Shown here: positions 18,192 to 28,029 of the stretch, in pieces
Layout: every line of letters starts with the position of its first letter
Position numbering within the stretch: position 1 is the stretch's first letter
Origin: Candidatus Pacearchaeota archaeon CG10_big_fil_rev_8_21_14_0_10_34_76
GTDB lineage: Archaea > Nanobdellota > Nanobdellia > Pacearchaeales > GW2011-AR1
Length of the DNA: 64,000 nucleotides
Reading direction: 5' to 3'
Assembly: GCA_002763075.1 (NCBI GenBank)
Contig: PFDB01000017.1
Span: forward strand, 19,745-83,744
Made by a program: the position numbers and the translations under genes
Notes under the pieces: generated by a model
Database searches by the model: none
What the model saw: only the letters and a program-made list of their open reading frames with translations
What the model was told of the DNA's origin: nothing

Positions 18192-18641
18192 ATGTTTATA
18201 ATCTTGGAAGATTTACTAGTGAATTCAATGGTAGTGGTTCCTGAGGAAAGAGTTGAACTGAGAAATGTCACTTTGGAAGAAAATCCTGGCAGAAACTTCA
18301 AAACAAAGTACCTTATGATTCCAATGTCCGATGAAGGAGAACACGTAGGATATATATTTATCAGAAGAAACTATTTAGATGATTCTGATGAACCTTCTGG
18401 AAGGCACACCTTATGCCTAACTCTAAAAAGAAGAATTGAAACAGTTGATGGGAGGGTTGTTCCCTTGTCGAGGATTAAACTGTCTCAAGTTATGGGATAT
18501 TGGGATACTGAGTCTAAGATTGAGAGAAGAGACCATGTCAGACCTATCCAAACACAAATCAGACCATTCAATAGAATTGGATGGGTCAAGGCAGATTTAT
18601 CTGATTTAATACCTACTGAATGGTTTGTTGATCAATTCTAA
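18192..18641 (+). CDS. hypothetical protein
   Basis: About 149 aa ORF with no recognisable family. The start codon is uncertain (TTG 18189, ATG 18192 or ATG 18228). Confidence 0.45.
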   Translation: MFIILEDLLVNSMVVVPEERVELRNVTLEENPGRNFKTKYLMIPMSDEGEHVGYIFIRRNYLDDSDEPSGRHTLCLTLKRRIETVDGRVVPLSRIKLSQVMGYWDTESKIERRDHVRPIQTQIRPFNRIGWVKADLSDLIPTEWFVDQF

Positions 18642-18676
18642 CAATAGTTCACAATAAAGATTAAAAAGCTGAGTTC

Positions 18677-19267
18677 ATGAGAGAGAAGATGCATCGCGTG
18701 AATAAGCCAATAAAAGAGAGGTCACCTAGTGAAATTGAATCTGAACTGAAGGATAAGGGTGAATTTGTACAGATGAGTTACTTACAGAGGGCGTTAGATT
18801 CTGGACTTGATTTTGAGACAAAAAAATATGTTCTAATTAGGCTTTCTAAGATATATGAGAATAAGGGCATGTATTCTGAAGCTGCAAAGTGCATAAGAAA
18901 TGCTGCGGATATCAATACAACATTTAGGGGACAGATAACAGATTATATGAAAGCTGTTGAATTATATGTGAGGGCAGATATGCATCATGAAGCGGATAGA
19001 ATATTCTCGCAGGCGCTGGCTTTGGGAAATGGAAAAGAGAAAATGCAAATGAAAACAGCACTTAAGGATTATTATCTCACCAATGCGAGAAGATATATGA
19101 ATTCTGACAAGAGAAACTATGCTAAAAGGGTTTTTGAAAAAACTCTTACTCTTGATCTTGAACCTGGAGAAAGAAGGGAAGTGCAACAAACACTTCTTGA
19201 TTTATATCAAAAACTTGGAAACATAAAAGAATATTATCAACTTAAGCAGAAAATCTCCGGATCTTAA
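18677..19267 (+). CDS. TPR-like helical repeat protein
   Basis: 196 aa of repeated roughly 34-aa amphipathic helix pairs with small/aromatic spacing (IYENKGMYSEAAKCIRNA, AVELYVRADMHHEADRIFSQALAL, LLDLYQKLGNIKEYYQL). Confidence 0.5.
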   Translation: MREKMHRVNKPIKERSPSEIESELKDKGEFVQMSYLQRALDSGLDFETKKYVLIRLSKIYENKGMYSEAAKCIRNAADINTTFRGQITDYMKAVELYVRADMHHEADRIFSQALALGNGKEKMQMKTALKDYYLTNARRYMNSDKRNYAKRVFEKTLTLDLEPGERREVQQTLLDLYQKLGNIKEYYQLKQKISGS

Positions 19268-19930
19268 TTCTAAATTATGAATTTCTGTTTTTGCATAATT
19301 TTTGTTTTACAAAAAAAAATAAAGAAAAAATAAAGCTGAATATCTATTGCCTGGAATCAATCTGGCTCGAATCCGTCGAGATCCCCGCAAAGTTCTTCGA
19401 AATCCGCAGGCTCGAATGACTCGTCCGCAGGCTCAACTTCGTCGTGCATGTTGTCAGTCACCATCTTTTTTTACATGCGTATTGGTGTGTTATCTTTTAT
19501 AAATGTTTTGTCGTCTATTATTGTATAAATATTGAGCAGCAAAGATATTTAAAGAACAATTATCTTTTACATATGCTCTTTTTCTTTTTTGAGTTAAGAT
19601 ATAGCTTTCTGTCAAGTTCATTGACATAATAAAATATTTCTAACGAGGATATATTTGTGTTATTTGCACCCTCTGTCTATTATTGACTTTTTCTTCTTTT
19701 AAATTATATAGCGCAAAGAAAAATCTAAGTGCATGAGGAGATATGTTTCATTGTTACACACACAAAAATCTGGAAAGATTTAAATACCCCTCTTGTAAGT
19801 ATTAGGTTATCATATCACGAAGGAATTATATTCACTTCAAGTTCACACTCACTTGGACATTTGTTTGAGTCCGGTTGGAAAAGTAAGTAGACAGTAGTTG
19901 AGAATTCTTTCTAAGTGACAGTATATTAAA

Positions 19931-21088
19931 ATGGCAAAAGTAAGTCCAGTTTCGATAAAGTATATGATTTATGCTAGCTTTGCTGCTGAAGGTCCCCTTG
20001 AGAAGCCGGATGTTATTGGAGCGATATTTGGACAAACAGAAGGACTTCTTGGAAATGAACTTGAAATGAGGGAGCTCCAGAAAGAAGGAAAAATTGGTAG
20101 AATAGAGGTTGACTTGAATATTGTTGATGGAAGAACAGTTGGAGAGATAAGGGTTCCAAGTGCTCTCGATAAATCTGAGACGACAATCATTGCTGCAACC
20201 CTTGAAACAATTGATAGAATAGGGCCTACTGAAGCTAAGATTGAGATTATAAAAATTGACGATGTTAGAGGAAGCAAGAGAGATTATATAATTGATAGGG
20301 CTAGAAAGCTTCTTGAAGGACTTGATAATGGGGGGAATATGAGAATGTCCAAAACGTTACAAGAAGAATCAAGGGTAGCAAGAATACAGGAATATGGGGA
20401 AGAGAAACTGCCTGCAGGAGACATTTCTGGAGATGAAATAATAGTTGTTGAGGGTCGTGCAGATGTTGTTAACCTTCTAAAAAATAGAATCAATAATGTC
20501 ATTGGAATGAATGGGGCAAAACTCCCTAGAGAAATTGCTCAACTTGGGAAGGAAAAGGAAATAACTCTATTTGTTGATGGAGACAGGGGAGGAAAACTTA
20601 TTGCATCTAACGTGATAAACAATGCGAGGATTGTTTATGTTGCAACAGCTCCTGATGGAAAAGAAGTAGAAGAGTTAGCTGGAAAAGAAATTTTGATTAG
20701 CCTTCGAAAAAAAATTCCTGTAGATGAATATCAAAGAAAAGTAAGGAGATTTGGAGATAATACTCCAGTTCAAGAGATAAATGAAAGCGACAATACTCCT
20801 GAATTTGAAGGGGATGTAAAAAAAGAGCTTAGGATAAAATATCAAAGTGTGAAGGATGAAAGAAAGGCAATTTTCCTTGACAAAGGCCTTAATGAGATTA
20901 AGAAAATTCCATCATCAAGCGCTGCAGGGGCATTAACAAGAGCAAAGAAAAATGTATTTGCTGTACTGGTTGATGGACAGGCCACATCTTCATTGATTAA
21001 AACGTGTGATGAAAGGGAAGTATCTTACCTTGGAGCAAAAAACTTTGCTTATGTCCAAGGCGCAAAGGTTGAATTGATAAGCCTATAA
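19931..21088 (+). CDS. dnaG: archaeal DnaG-type primase / exosome-associated Toprim protein
   Basis: 385 aa. The N-terminus IKYMIYASFAAEGPLEKPDVIGAIFGQTEGLLG...LQKEGKIGRIEV is the conserved archaeal DnaG signature. Toprim motifs IIVVEGRADV and LFVDGDRGG follow. Confidence 0.85.
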   Translation: MAKVSPVSIKYMIYASFAAEGPLEKPDVIGAIFGQTEGLLGNELEMRELQKEGKIGRIEVDLNIVDGRTVGEIRVPSALDKSETTIIAATLETIDRIGPTEAKIEIIKIDDVRGSKRDYIIDRARKLLEGLDNGGNMRMSKTLQEESRVARIQEYGEEKLPAGDISGDEIIVVEGRADVVNLLKNRINNVIGMNGAKLPREIAQLGKEKEITLFVDGDRGGKLIASNVINNARIVYVATAPDGKEVEELAGKEILISLRKKIPVDEYQRKVRRFGDNTPVQEINESDNTPEFEGDVKKELRIKYQSVKDERKAIFLDKGLNEIKKIPSSSAAGALTRAKKNVFAVLVDGQATSSLIKTCDEREVSYLGAKNFAYVQGAKVELISL

Positions 21089-21134
21089 TTCTAAAAAGTT
21101 AGCTTTAAATAATAAATAATCCTAATAATAGTGC

Positions 21135-21578
21135 ATGAATAAGCAAAGAGGGTTGATAATAATCTCGTTGATAATCGTAGTAATTCTTGCACTTTTGCTC
21201 AATTCTTTTTTTGGACATGGCAAAAAATGTGCTGAACAAGAATGCTTTGATTCATTGATGTCTCAATGCAATTATGGAAGTTATATTAATGAGGAAGAAC
21301 AAGCATCGTGGAAATATGAAATACAGGGAAAAAATGGGGAAGAATGCGTTGTAAAAGTCACATTATTACAAGCCAAAGAGGGAGACCTTGAGTTGAGAGA
21401 TTTTGAGAGGCACTCAATGGACTGTTCGTTTGAATTTGGAAAAGTTGCTCAACCGGAGGAAGATCTTTCGGCTTGTCATGGCAGATTAAAAGAAGACTTA
21501 CAAGAATTATTAATCAAGAAACTTCATTCTTATATATTAGAGAACTTGGATCAGATTAGAGAAGAACTTCTAAACTGA
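21135..21578 (+). CDS. membrane-anchored Cys-containing hypothetical protein
   Basis: 147 aa with an N-terminal TM helix (LIIISLIIVVILALLLNSFF) followed by a soluble domain with six Cys. Confidence 0.5.
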   Translation: MNKQRGLIIISLIIVVILALLLNSFFGHGKKCAEQECFDSLMSQCNYGSYINEEEQASWKYEIQGKNGEECVVKVTLLQAKEGDLELRDFERHSMDCSFEFGKVAQPEEDLSACHGRLKEDLQELLIKKLHSYILENLDQIREELLN

Positions 21579-21623
21579 TTATTGAGCGTTTGTTTTATAA
21601 AGATTTAATCTCTGTTTAAAATT

Positions 21624-22400
21624 ATGAAAATGAAGATTGGGCCTGCAGGATTAGGGCCAGTTAAAGAGGCACTTGAAAGATTAGAAGATTATCATGCTTT
21701 GGGCTTTAGGGCTTGTGAAATAGCTTTTACTTATGGCGTGTATATAAAGAAAAAAGAAGATGCTGACCTAATAGGGAAAAAAGCTAGAGAACTTGAGATA
21801 GACTTGAGTATACATGCTCCTTACTGGTTAAACCTCAATTCTTCTGAAAAGGAAAAAATAGATTCATCTATAGAACGCATTCTAAATTGCTGTGAAGTTG
21901 GGGAGTGGCTTGGAGCTAAAACGGTAGTGTTTCATGCAGGGTATTATGGAAAGAACAAAGATGAGGCATATGGGGTAATAAGAGATGGAGTAATTAAAAT
22001 AATGGAAGAAATAAAAAAAAGAAATTGGAATATCAAAATTGCTCCTGAGACTATGGGCAAAGTCAATGTATTTGGAAGTGTAGAAGAGATATCAAATCTG
22101 GTAAACGATACAGGCTGTTCTTTCTGTATTGATTTTGCACATATATTGGCTAGGGAAAAAAATGTTGATTATGAAAAGATAAAAAAATTATTTCCAAATA
22201 AGAAATGGCATTGCCATTTTTCAGGTATTGTTTATGGTGAGAAAGGAGAGAAACATCATAAAACTACTGAAGGAAAAGAATGGAAAGAACTATTTTCTAA
22301 TTTGCCAAAAGATAGAGATATTATAATTGTCAATGAATCCCCAACCATGATAGATGATTGTGTAGAAGGCATAAAGATTGCTAAATCAATCAGGCTCTGA
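21624..22400 (+). CDS. AP endonuclease family 2 / endonuclease IV-like TIM-barrel protein
   Basis: 258 aa with IHAPYWLNLNS, VVFHAGYYG, APETMGK and CIDFAHILA, matching metal-ligand blocks of the Nfo/xylose-isomerase-like fold. Confidence 0.7.
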   Translation: MKMKIGPAGLGPVKEALERLEDYHALGFRACEIAFTYGVYIKKKEDADLIGKKARELEIDLSIHAPYWLNLNSSEKEKIDSSIERILNCCEVGEWLGAKTVVFHAGYYGKNKDEAYGVIRDGVIKIMEEIKKRNWNIKIAPETMGKVNVFGSVEEISNLVNDTGCSFCIDFAHILAREKNVDYEKIKKLFPNKKWHCHFSGIVYGEKGEKHHKTTEGKEWKELFSNLPKDRDIIIVNESPTMIDDCVEGIKIAKSIRL

Positions 22401-22598
22401 TGCTGATTTACTCATTGATTTGATCTTGTCTATTTTTCTGAGCCTTTCCCTAGCTTCTTCAGGATTTACCTTGCAAACATTCAAGATGTTTAAGATTTTT
22501 TGAAGCAATTCGTCATAACTTTCCCTCTTATGGGTCTTAAGTTTGTCTAATCTAGACTTTGTTTTTTTTGCCAATTTTATTGTGGTTATATCAGACAT
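22386..22598 (-). CDS. small RHH-like protein, putative
   Basis: 70 aa. TTIKLAKKTKSRLDKLKTHKRESYDELLQKILNIL has a strand-helix-helix pattern. It is convergent with the previous gene and overlaps its 3-prime end by 15 nt. Confidence 0.4.
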   Translation of the reverse strand: MSDITTIKLAKKTKSRLDKLKTHKRESYDELLQKILNILNVCKVNPEEARERLRKIDKIKSMSKSASEPD

Positions 22599-22712
22599 TG
22601 TGATAGTATAATCAAGTATACCTATTTAATTATTTCGTTACTATAGAATTACTCATTTTTGTCATTACCATAAAGTTTATAAAGGAGTTCGGAGTTTCAA
22701 TATTAATTAAAT

Positions 22713-23942
22713 ATGGACACGACAAAAATGAAAACAAAAAACTTTTTGGTTTTACTTGTTGCAGTTTTTGCACTAGCAATTCTTGCGGTTTCAAATGCAA
22801 GCGCAGCTAACTTTGATAGAATTGGTATCAATGAGCAATTAGAAACTGATGACAATAGAATTACTCAGGTATTTGCTGGGGAGACTATCAAAGTCAGTAC
22901 AGTTGTTACAATGGGTGCTGATGAGCAAATTTGGAACGCTAGAATCACTGCGAGACTTATAGGTCAGAGCGGAACTCTTGTTGAGTCAAAGGAATTTGTT
23001 GCCGTAAAAGGCAAAACATATTCTCAGACTTTATTCTTGAAAGTGCCTTTCGACCTCGATCCAAGCCAACAGAGATTTACATTGTTGGTTACAATTGAAG
23101 GTACTGACGCAGGAGAAGCAGGAAGAAAAGAAATAAGTCTAGTTGTACAGAGAGAATCTTATCAATTAGAAGTATTGGCTTTTGATGCTATGAATGAAGT
23201 CAAAGCAGGAGAAAATCTTGCATTGGATGTCGTCCTTCAGAATAGGGGATACCTAAAAGCAGAAAATGCCTATTTGAGAGCTACAATACCAGAGCTCGGA
23301 ATAAGCAAAACTGTATTTTATGGAGACCTTTATCCGACGGATAAATCTGGAGACAATGAGGAAGACGCTGTGGAAAGAAGAATGTTCTTGAGCATTCCTT
23401 CAAATGCCGCAGAAGGTCTTTACACATTGGAACTAGAAGCATTCAATGATGACTCTTCTACTCTAACGAGTAAGAAGATATTTGTGACTAGTGCAGCTGA
23501 AGACAGCAGAGTCGTATCCTCTAGCAGCAGCAAAACATTTGCCGTTGGTGAAGAGACAATCTACACAATGACACTTGTAAATGCTGGAAACAGCATTAAG
23601 ATCTATGATCTTGTTGTTGATTCTGATAGTGGATTAAATGTCGAATTGGATGAAAGCGTTGTAGCTGTTCCTGCAGGTTCAAGCCGAACTGTGCAGATGA
23701 GAGTTACTGCTTCTGAAAATGGAAGACAAGACTTTACAGTCAACATAAGATCTGATAATCAGATTGTTGATAGTGCTGAATTCACAGCAAACGTGGAAGG
23801 TACAAGGAATATCGCAGGTAATGCTGCTGTTTTATTGACAGTAGTACTTGCAGTAGTATTTCTAGTTCTTCTTATAGTGCTGATTGTGCTTTTAACAAGA
23901 AAACCTGAAAAAACCGAAAATTTCGGTGAAAGCTACTACTAG
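22713..23942 (+). CDS. secreted cell-surface (S-layer-like) protein with a C-terminal membrane anchor
   Basis: 409 aa. It has an N-terminal signal sequence (FLVLLVAVFALAILAVSNASA), beta-rich repeated modules and a C-terminal TM helix (AAVLLTVVLAVVFLVLLIVLIVLL) followed by a basic tail. Confidence 0.6.
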   Translation: MDTTKMKTKNFLVLLVAVFALAILAVSNASAANFDRIGINEQLETDDNRITQVFAGETIKVSTVVTMGADEQIWNARITARLIGQSGTLVESKEFVAVKGKTYSQTLFLKVPFDLDPSQQRFTLLVTIEGTDAGEAGRKEISLVVQRESYQLEVLAFDAMNEVKAGENLALDVVLQNRGYLKAENAYLRATIPELGISKTVFYGDLYPTDKSGDNEEDAVERRMFLSIPSNAAEGLYTLELEAFNDDSSTLTSKKIFVTSAAEDSRVVSSSSSKTFAVGEETIYTMTLVNAGNSIKIYDLVVDSDSGLNVELDESVVAVPAGSSRTVQMRVTASENGRQDFTVNIRSDNQIVDSAEFTANVEGTRNIAGNAAVLLTVVLAVVFLVLLIVLIVLLTRKPEKTENFGESYY

Positions 23943-23985
23943 ATTTATTTTTTATTTTTTATTTCTCTTTTTATTTTTTTTATAC
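23943..23985. terminator. bidirectional oligo-T terminator region between convergent genes
   Basis: ATTTATTTTTTATTTTTTATTTCTCTTTTTATTTTTTTT lies between the surface-protein gene (+) and smc (-). Archaeal termination typically uses oligo-T tracts. Confidence 0.4.
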
Positions 23986-23997
23986 TTAATTGAAAAT

Positions 23998-26862
23998 CTA
24001 TATCTTAAGACCTAAGATTTTTGATATTCCATCATGCATGCTTACCCCATAGAGGATATTTGAATCCATGATTAGAGCATCATTATGTGTGACTACAATA
24101 TATTGTCCGTTTGTCATGTATTTTCTCAAAAGGGCAGAAAGTCTTTCTGAGTTTCTTTTATCAAGTGCTGCATCTATTTCATCTAATACATAAAAATGAT
24201 ATGGTCTGTATTCTTGGATGGCAAATAGCAATGAGATGGCAATGAGGGTTTGTTCTCCACCTGAAAGAGAAGTGACATCAAAATATTTTGTTTTTGCAAG
24301 TTTTACAACGATGTTTACTCCACCATCAAATATGTTTTCCTTGTCTTCAAGCTCAAGGAATGCTTGGCCTTTTGTAGAAAGCTTGGAAAAATTAGTGCTA
24401 AACAATTCATTCAGTCCCTTGAAGGTCTTCATAAAGGTCTTTTTCTTCTTATTGTCTATTTCCTCTATTATCTTTAAGATTTGAGATTTCTCGCTTTCAA
24501 GCACCTGTACCTTTTCATATATTTTATCATATTCTTCCTTCACATTTTCATATACCTCTAGAGCCCTCATGTTTATTGGACCTATTGATCTGAATGCCTC
24601 TTGCGCTTTTTTGAGCCTATCCTCTAAGAATTCCATGTTACCTTTTATGATTTCAATTCCTGAAAATTCGCCTATCTCCATTTCTAGGGCTTCTTTTTCA
24701 GCAGAAAGTCGTGCATTTCCAATATTAAGGAAATTAATTTGATCTTCTATCTGGCGTATTTCATTCTGCAGGTTTGAGAGCTCGTAACTTTTATCTTGCA
24801 CAAATTCTTGTAATTTGTCTCTTTGAGCAAACATCTGCTTGAATTTTTCACTTAACTCTTTATCTTCAATCTCTTTTTTCTCAAGAATTTCTGCCTTGTT
24901 TTCAATTGTCTCATATATCTCCCTGATATCTTCATCTATTTCTGAAAGATCTCGCTTGCTGAGTTTTACCACCTCAGTTATCTTCTCAAGCTCTCTTTCC
25001 TTGAACATTAAAGTTCTATCTAGATCTTCTTCTGTGCGTGATGATATTTCTTCTATTTCCATTATTTTAGAAGAGTATTTTTCATCTATTCTTGATGTAT
25101 CTGATGTCTGTGCTTGTAAGGAATCCCGCCTTGATGTAATAACTTTTATATCTTGTTTTAACTGACCCTCTTGTTCTAGGAGTGCTTTTATTTGTGATTT
25201 TTTATCTGAAATAATATTGTGAGTTATCATCTCTGAATCAATCTTTGAGATTTTTGAATTTAATGAGGCCAGTTCTGATTGCAAGGCATTTCTTTTTTCT
25301 ATAGTATTTGTCAAGGCATTGGCGCAATCATCAAGAATTTTTTTTGCTTCTGAAATTTTTGTTTCTGAATCTGTATGCACATGAGATCTGTGTGATTCAG
25401 TCATTTTATTTTGGCAAAGAGGGCAGATATCTATTCCTTCTATTTGAAATTTCATCTTTTCTGCATGTAAAATTGTTGTTTCGGCAGAGGAAATCTGCTT
25501 GCTTAATGAAAGTTCTTTTTCTGAAAGGAGAGTTATTTCTGAAGTTATCTTTGAAATTTGGGACTTTAATTTTGAAAGCTCTTTTTTGCATAATTCTATA
25601 TTCTCAAAGTTAAGCTCTCCAGATATTTCTTCAATTCTTTTGATTATAGAATCTGATTGAGAAGCTATTCCAGCAAGATGATTTTCTTTGTCCTTTATTC
25701 TTTCTTTTATTGATGAAAGTTCTGTTTTCAAAGAGTATATTTTTTTCTTCTCTTCTTCTAATTCTTGTAACTCCTTCTTTTTCTTTTGAAGCTCGTTTTG
25801 CTTCTGGGCAACAAGAGGAGATTCTTTTCTTAGCTCTTCTATTTCCATTTTATTTTCTGGAATGGATTTTTCCATCTCTTGAATTCTTCTTTCTATTTCA
25901 TCTCTCCTGTTCTCGTAGCTTTCTTTTCTTACCCTGAGTCCCTCAGTTTCTGCCTTTAGATTTGATATTTGTGTTCTGAGGGATTCCTGCTCAACTCCGG
26001 TAGAACGTTGGACATGCTTTGTTATTCTAGTTATCTCTTCCTGATTCTTTTCTATCTCTTCCTGCATCTTTTCAGAAATAGATTTTTTCTTGTCTTTTTG
26101 CGCTATTTTTTCTTCTATTGATTTTTTTGTTGATTGGACTTCCTTATCTTTGTCTTGTATTTTTCTGCTTAAAATTGAGACCTTACATCTGGATATTGTT
26201 GTTTCGAACTCCTTATATCTAAGGGCTTGAGCCCTTTCTTTTTCGAGATTTCTCATAAAGGATGTGCGTTCTCTCAAGATTGTAGAGATTTCCTTAAGTC
26301 TTTGATCTGTTTTCTCTAGTTCCTTGAGGGATTTCTCTTTCCTCATTTCATAAATTGAAATCCCTGCGACCTCTTCTATTATCTTACGTCTTTCTTCTGG
26401 GTGTGTTTTTACTATAGATTGTATCTGTCCTTGCAGAACAAGATTATATCCATAAGGGTCTATCCCTGCATGAGCGAGAATCTCCATTATCTCTCCTCTT
26501 GTTCTTGTTTCGTCATTGAGTTTGTATATGCTTTGTCCGTTATGTCTAACAATTCTTTTTAATGATACTTCTGGGTGTTCCATGTTAAATGTATTATTTG
26601 CATTATCAAATACTATTTCCACGGAGGCTTCTTTTGCAGGTTTAGCATATTTGCTTCCCATAAAAAGTAGGTTTTTTGCTTTTGCGGCCCTCATGGATTT
26701 TATGGAAAGGCGACCGAGAACAAAACAAAGAGCATCTGAGATGTTGCTTTTGCCAGAACCGTTTGGTCCTACAATTACGTTAATTCCAGTATCGAAGTTT
26801 ATCTCAGTCTTAGGAGCGAATGATTTGAATCCTTGTATCACTAACTTCTTTATGTGAGTCAT
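23998..26862 (-). CDS. smc: SMC-family chromosome-organisation ATPase lacking a hinge domain, with a central CxxC motif
   Basis: 954 aa. SMC head motifs are FKSFA...GPNGSGKSNISDALCFVLG, Q-loop LVLQGQI, signature LSGGEQTLIAISLLFAIQ and Walker B FYVLDEIDAALD. Long coiled coils follow, and residues 480-483 at the exact midpoint read CPLC. Confidence 0.85.
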   Translation of the reverse strand: MTHIKKLVIQGFKSFAPKTEINFDTGINVIVGPNGSGKSNISDALCFVLGRLSIKSMRAAKAKNLLFMGSKYAKPAKEASVEIVFDNANNTFNMEHPEVSLKRIVRHNGQSIYKLNDETRTRGEIMEILAHAGIDPYGYNLVLQGQIQSIVKTHPEERRKIIEEVAGISIYEMRKEKSLKELEKTDQRLKEISTILRERTSFMRNLEKERAQALRYKEFETTISRCKVSILSRKIQDKDKEVQSTKKSIEEKIAQKDKKKSISEKMQEEIEKNQEEITRITKHVQRSTGVEQESLRTQISNLKAETEGLRVRKESYENRRDEIERRIQEMEKSIPENKMEIEELRKESPLVAQKQNELQKKKKELQELEEEKKKIYSLKTELSSIKERIKDKENHLAGIASQSDSIIKRIEEISGELNFENIELCKKELSKLKSQISKITSEITLLSEKELSLSKQISSAETTILHAEKMKFQIEGIDICPLCQNKMTESHRSHVHTDSETKISEAKKILDDCANALTNTIEKRNALQSELASLNSKISKIDSEMITHNIISDKKSQIKALLEQEGQLKQDIKVITSRRDSLQAQTSDTSRIDEKYSSKIMEIEEISSRTEEDLDRTLMFKERELEKITEVVKLSKRDLSEIDEDIREIYETIENKAEILEKKEIEDKELSEKFKQMFAQRDKLQEFVQDKSYELSNLQNEIRQIEDQINFLNIGNARLSAEKEALEMEIGEFSGIEIIKGNMEFLEDRLKKAQEAFRSIGPINMRALEVYENVKEEYDKIYEKVQVLESEKSQILKIIEEIDNKKKKTFMKTFKGLNELFSTNFSKLSTKGQAFLELEDKENIFDGGVNIVVKLAKTKYFDVTSLSGGEQTLIAISLLFAIQEYRPYHFYVLDEIDAALDKRNSERLSALLRKYMTNGQYIVVTHNDALIMDSNILYGVSMHDGISKILGLKI

Positions 26863-26903
26863 GAAAGATTATTGTCAAGGGGATATATAAAAGTATTTTT
26901 GAA

Positions 26904-27980
26904 CTATTTCTTCTTGCCTATTCCCTCAACATGTATGGTTTGAGTTGGGAAGGCGAACTCTATTTTTTCTTTTTCAAAAGCTTCCTTTATCTTGAAGTTG
27001 ATTTCCTGTTGGACATCCATATACTCAGCATAATCTGGAGAAGTAACATAATAAACGACTTCATAGTTAAGGCTGAAATCTCCATACTTGTGAAAATGTG
27101 ACCTGTCAAAACGAGCATTCTTTGTGCTGTTTACCGCTTTTTCTACAATCTGATTTATTTTTTTCATTTTTGCTAGAGGAGTATCATATGTAACTCCGAA
27201 GGTGAATGCAATCCTTCTTTCTTTCATGCGCTGATAATTATTGACTCTGGAATTTGTCAGCTCTGTGTTTGACATTATAAGCTCTTGGCCTTGTAATGTT
27301 TGAATTCTGGTGGTCTTTATTCCGATATTCTTTACAGTTCCCAGGTCATCTCCCACAATTATGAAATCTCCTTCCTTGAAAGGTTTATCAAAATAAATAG
27401 CGAATGCTGCGAATAAGTCGGAGAGAACAGATTGAAGAGCTATTGCTATAGCTATACCTCCAACCCCTAAGGATGCTACAAGAGGAGTTATCTCAATGCC
27501 TAAGTTAGCGAGAACCATAAGAAGGCCTACTGCATAAATGGCTATCTTGAATATTATCCCAAAGGTCTTCAGCATTGAGGTGTTTGCTACATTATCTGCT
27601 GCCTTCCTTTTCTCAACTTGCTTATTTGTGAAATGATCTACAATACGAGACAGACCTTGTGCTGCATAAAATGCTATGAAGATTATCAATAGGTAATACA
27701 AGAATTTATCAAGCAACTCTGGAAGTATAATAAAACGAGTTGCTATGTAAAATGAGATATATGCATAGAACTGCCAGTTTATCGCGCTGAAGAAATCAAA
27801 GACAACATCGTCCCAAGTGAATTTTGTTTTTCTAGCTGCTTTTTTGAAGATTACTATTATATATCTGTCGAAGATCTTTAATATTATGAATGATCCTATG
27901 AGTATTAGAATTGCTATGAAGTAAGTTTTTCCAGTATTGCTCCAAAGCACAAATGATTCTAGGTTTTCTAAAAACGGCAT
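26904..27980 (-). CDS. small-conductance mechanosensitive channel (MscS family)
   Basis: 358 aa with N-terminal TM helices and the MscS beta-domain pattern FKEGDFIIVGDDLGTVKNIGIKTTRIQTLQGQELIMSN. Confidence 0.85.
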   Translation of the reverse strand: MPFLENLESFVLWSNTGKTYFIAILILIGSFIILKIFDRYIIVIFKKAARKTKFTWDDVVFDFFSAINWQFYAYISFYIATRFIILPELLDKFLYYLLIIFIAFYAAQGLSRIVDHFTNKQVEKRKAADNVANTSMLKTFGIIFKIAIYAVGLLMVLANLGIEITPLVASLGVGGIAIAIALQSVLSDLFAAFAIYFDKPFKEGDFIIVGDDLGTVKNIGIKTTRIQTLQGQELIMSNTELTNSRVNNYQRMKERRIAFTFGVTYDTPLAKMKKINQIVEKAVNSTKNARFDRSHFHKYGDFSLNYEVVYYVTSPDYAEYMDVQQEINFKIKEAFEKEKIEFAFPTQTIHVEGIGKKK

Positions 27981-28029
27981 TTGATTTCCTCCTCTTAAAA
28001 AGAAAAAACCAGGTTATATATAGGTTTTG

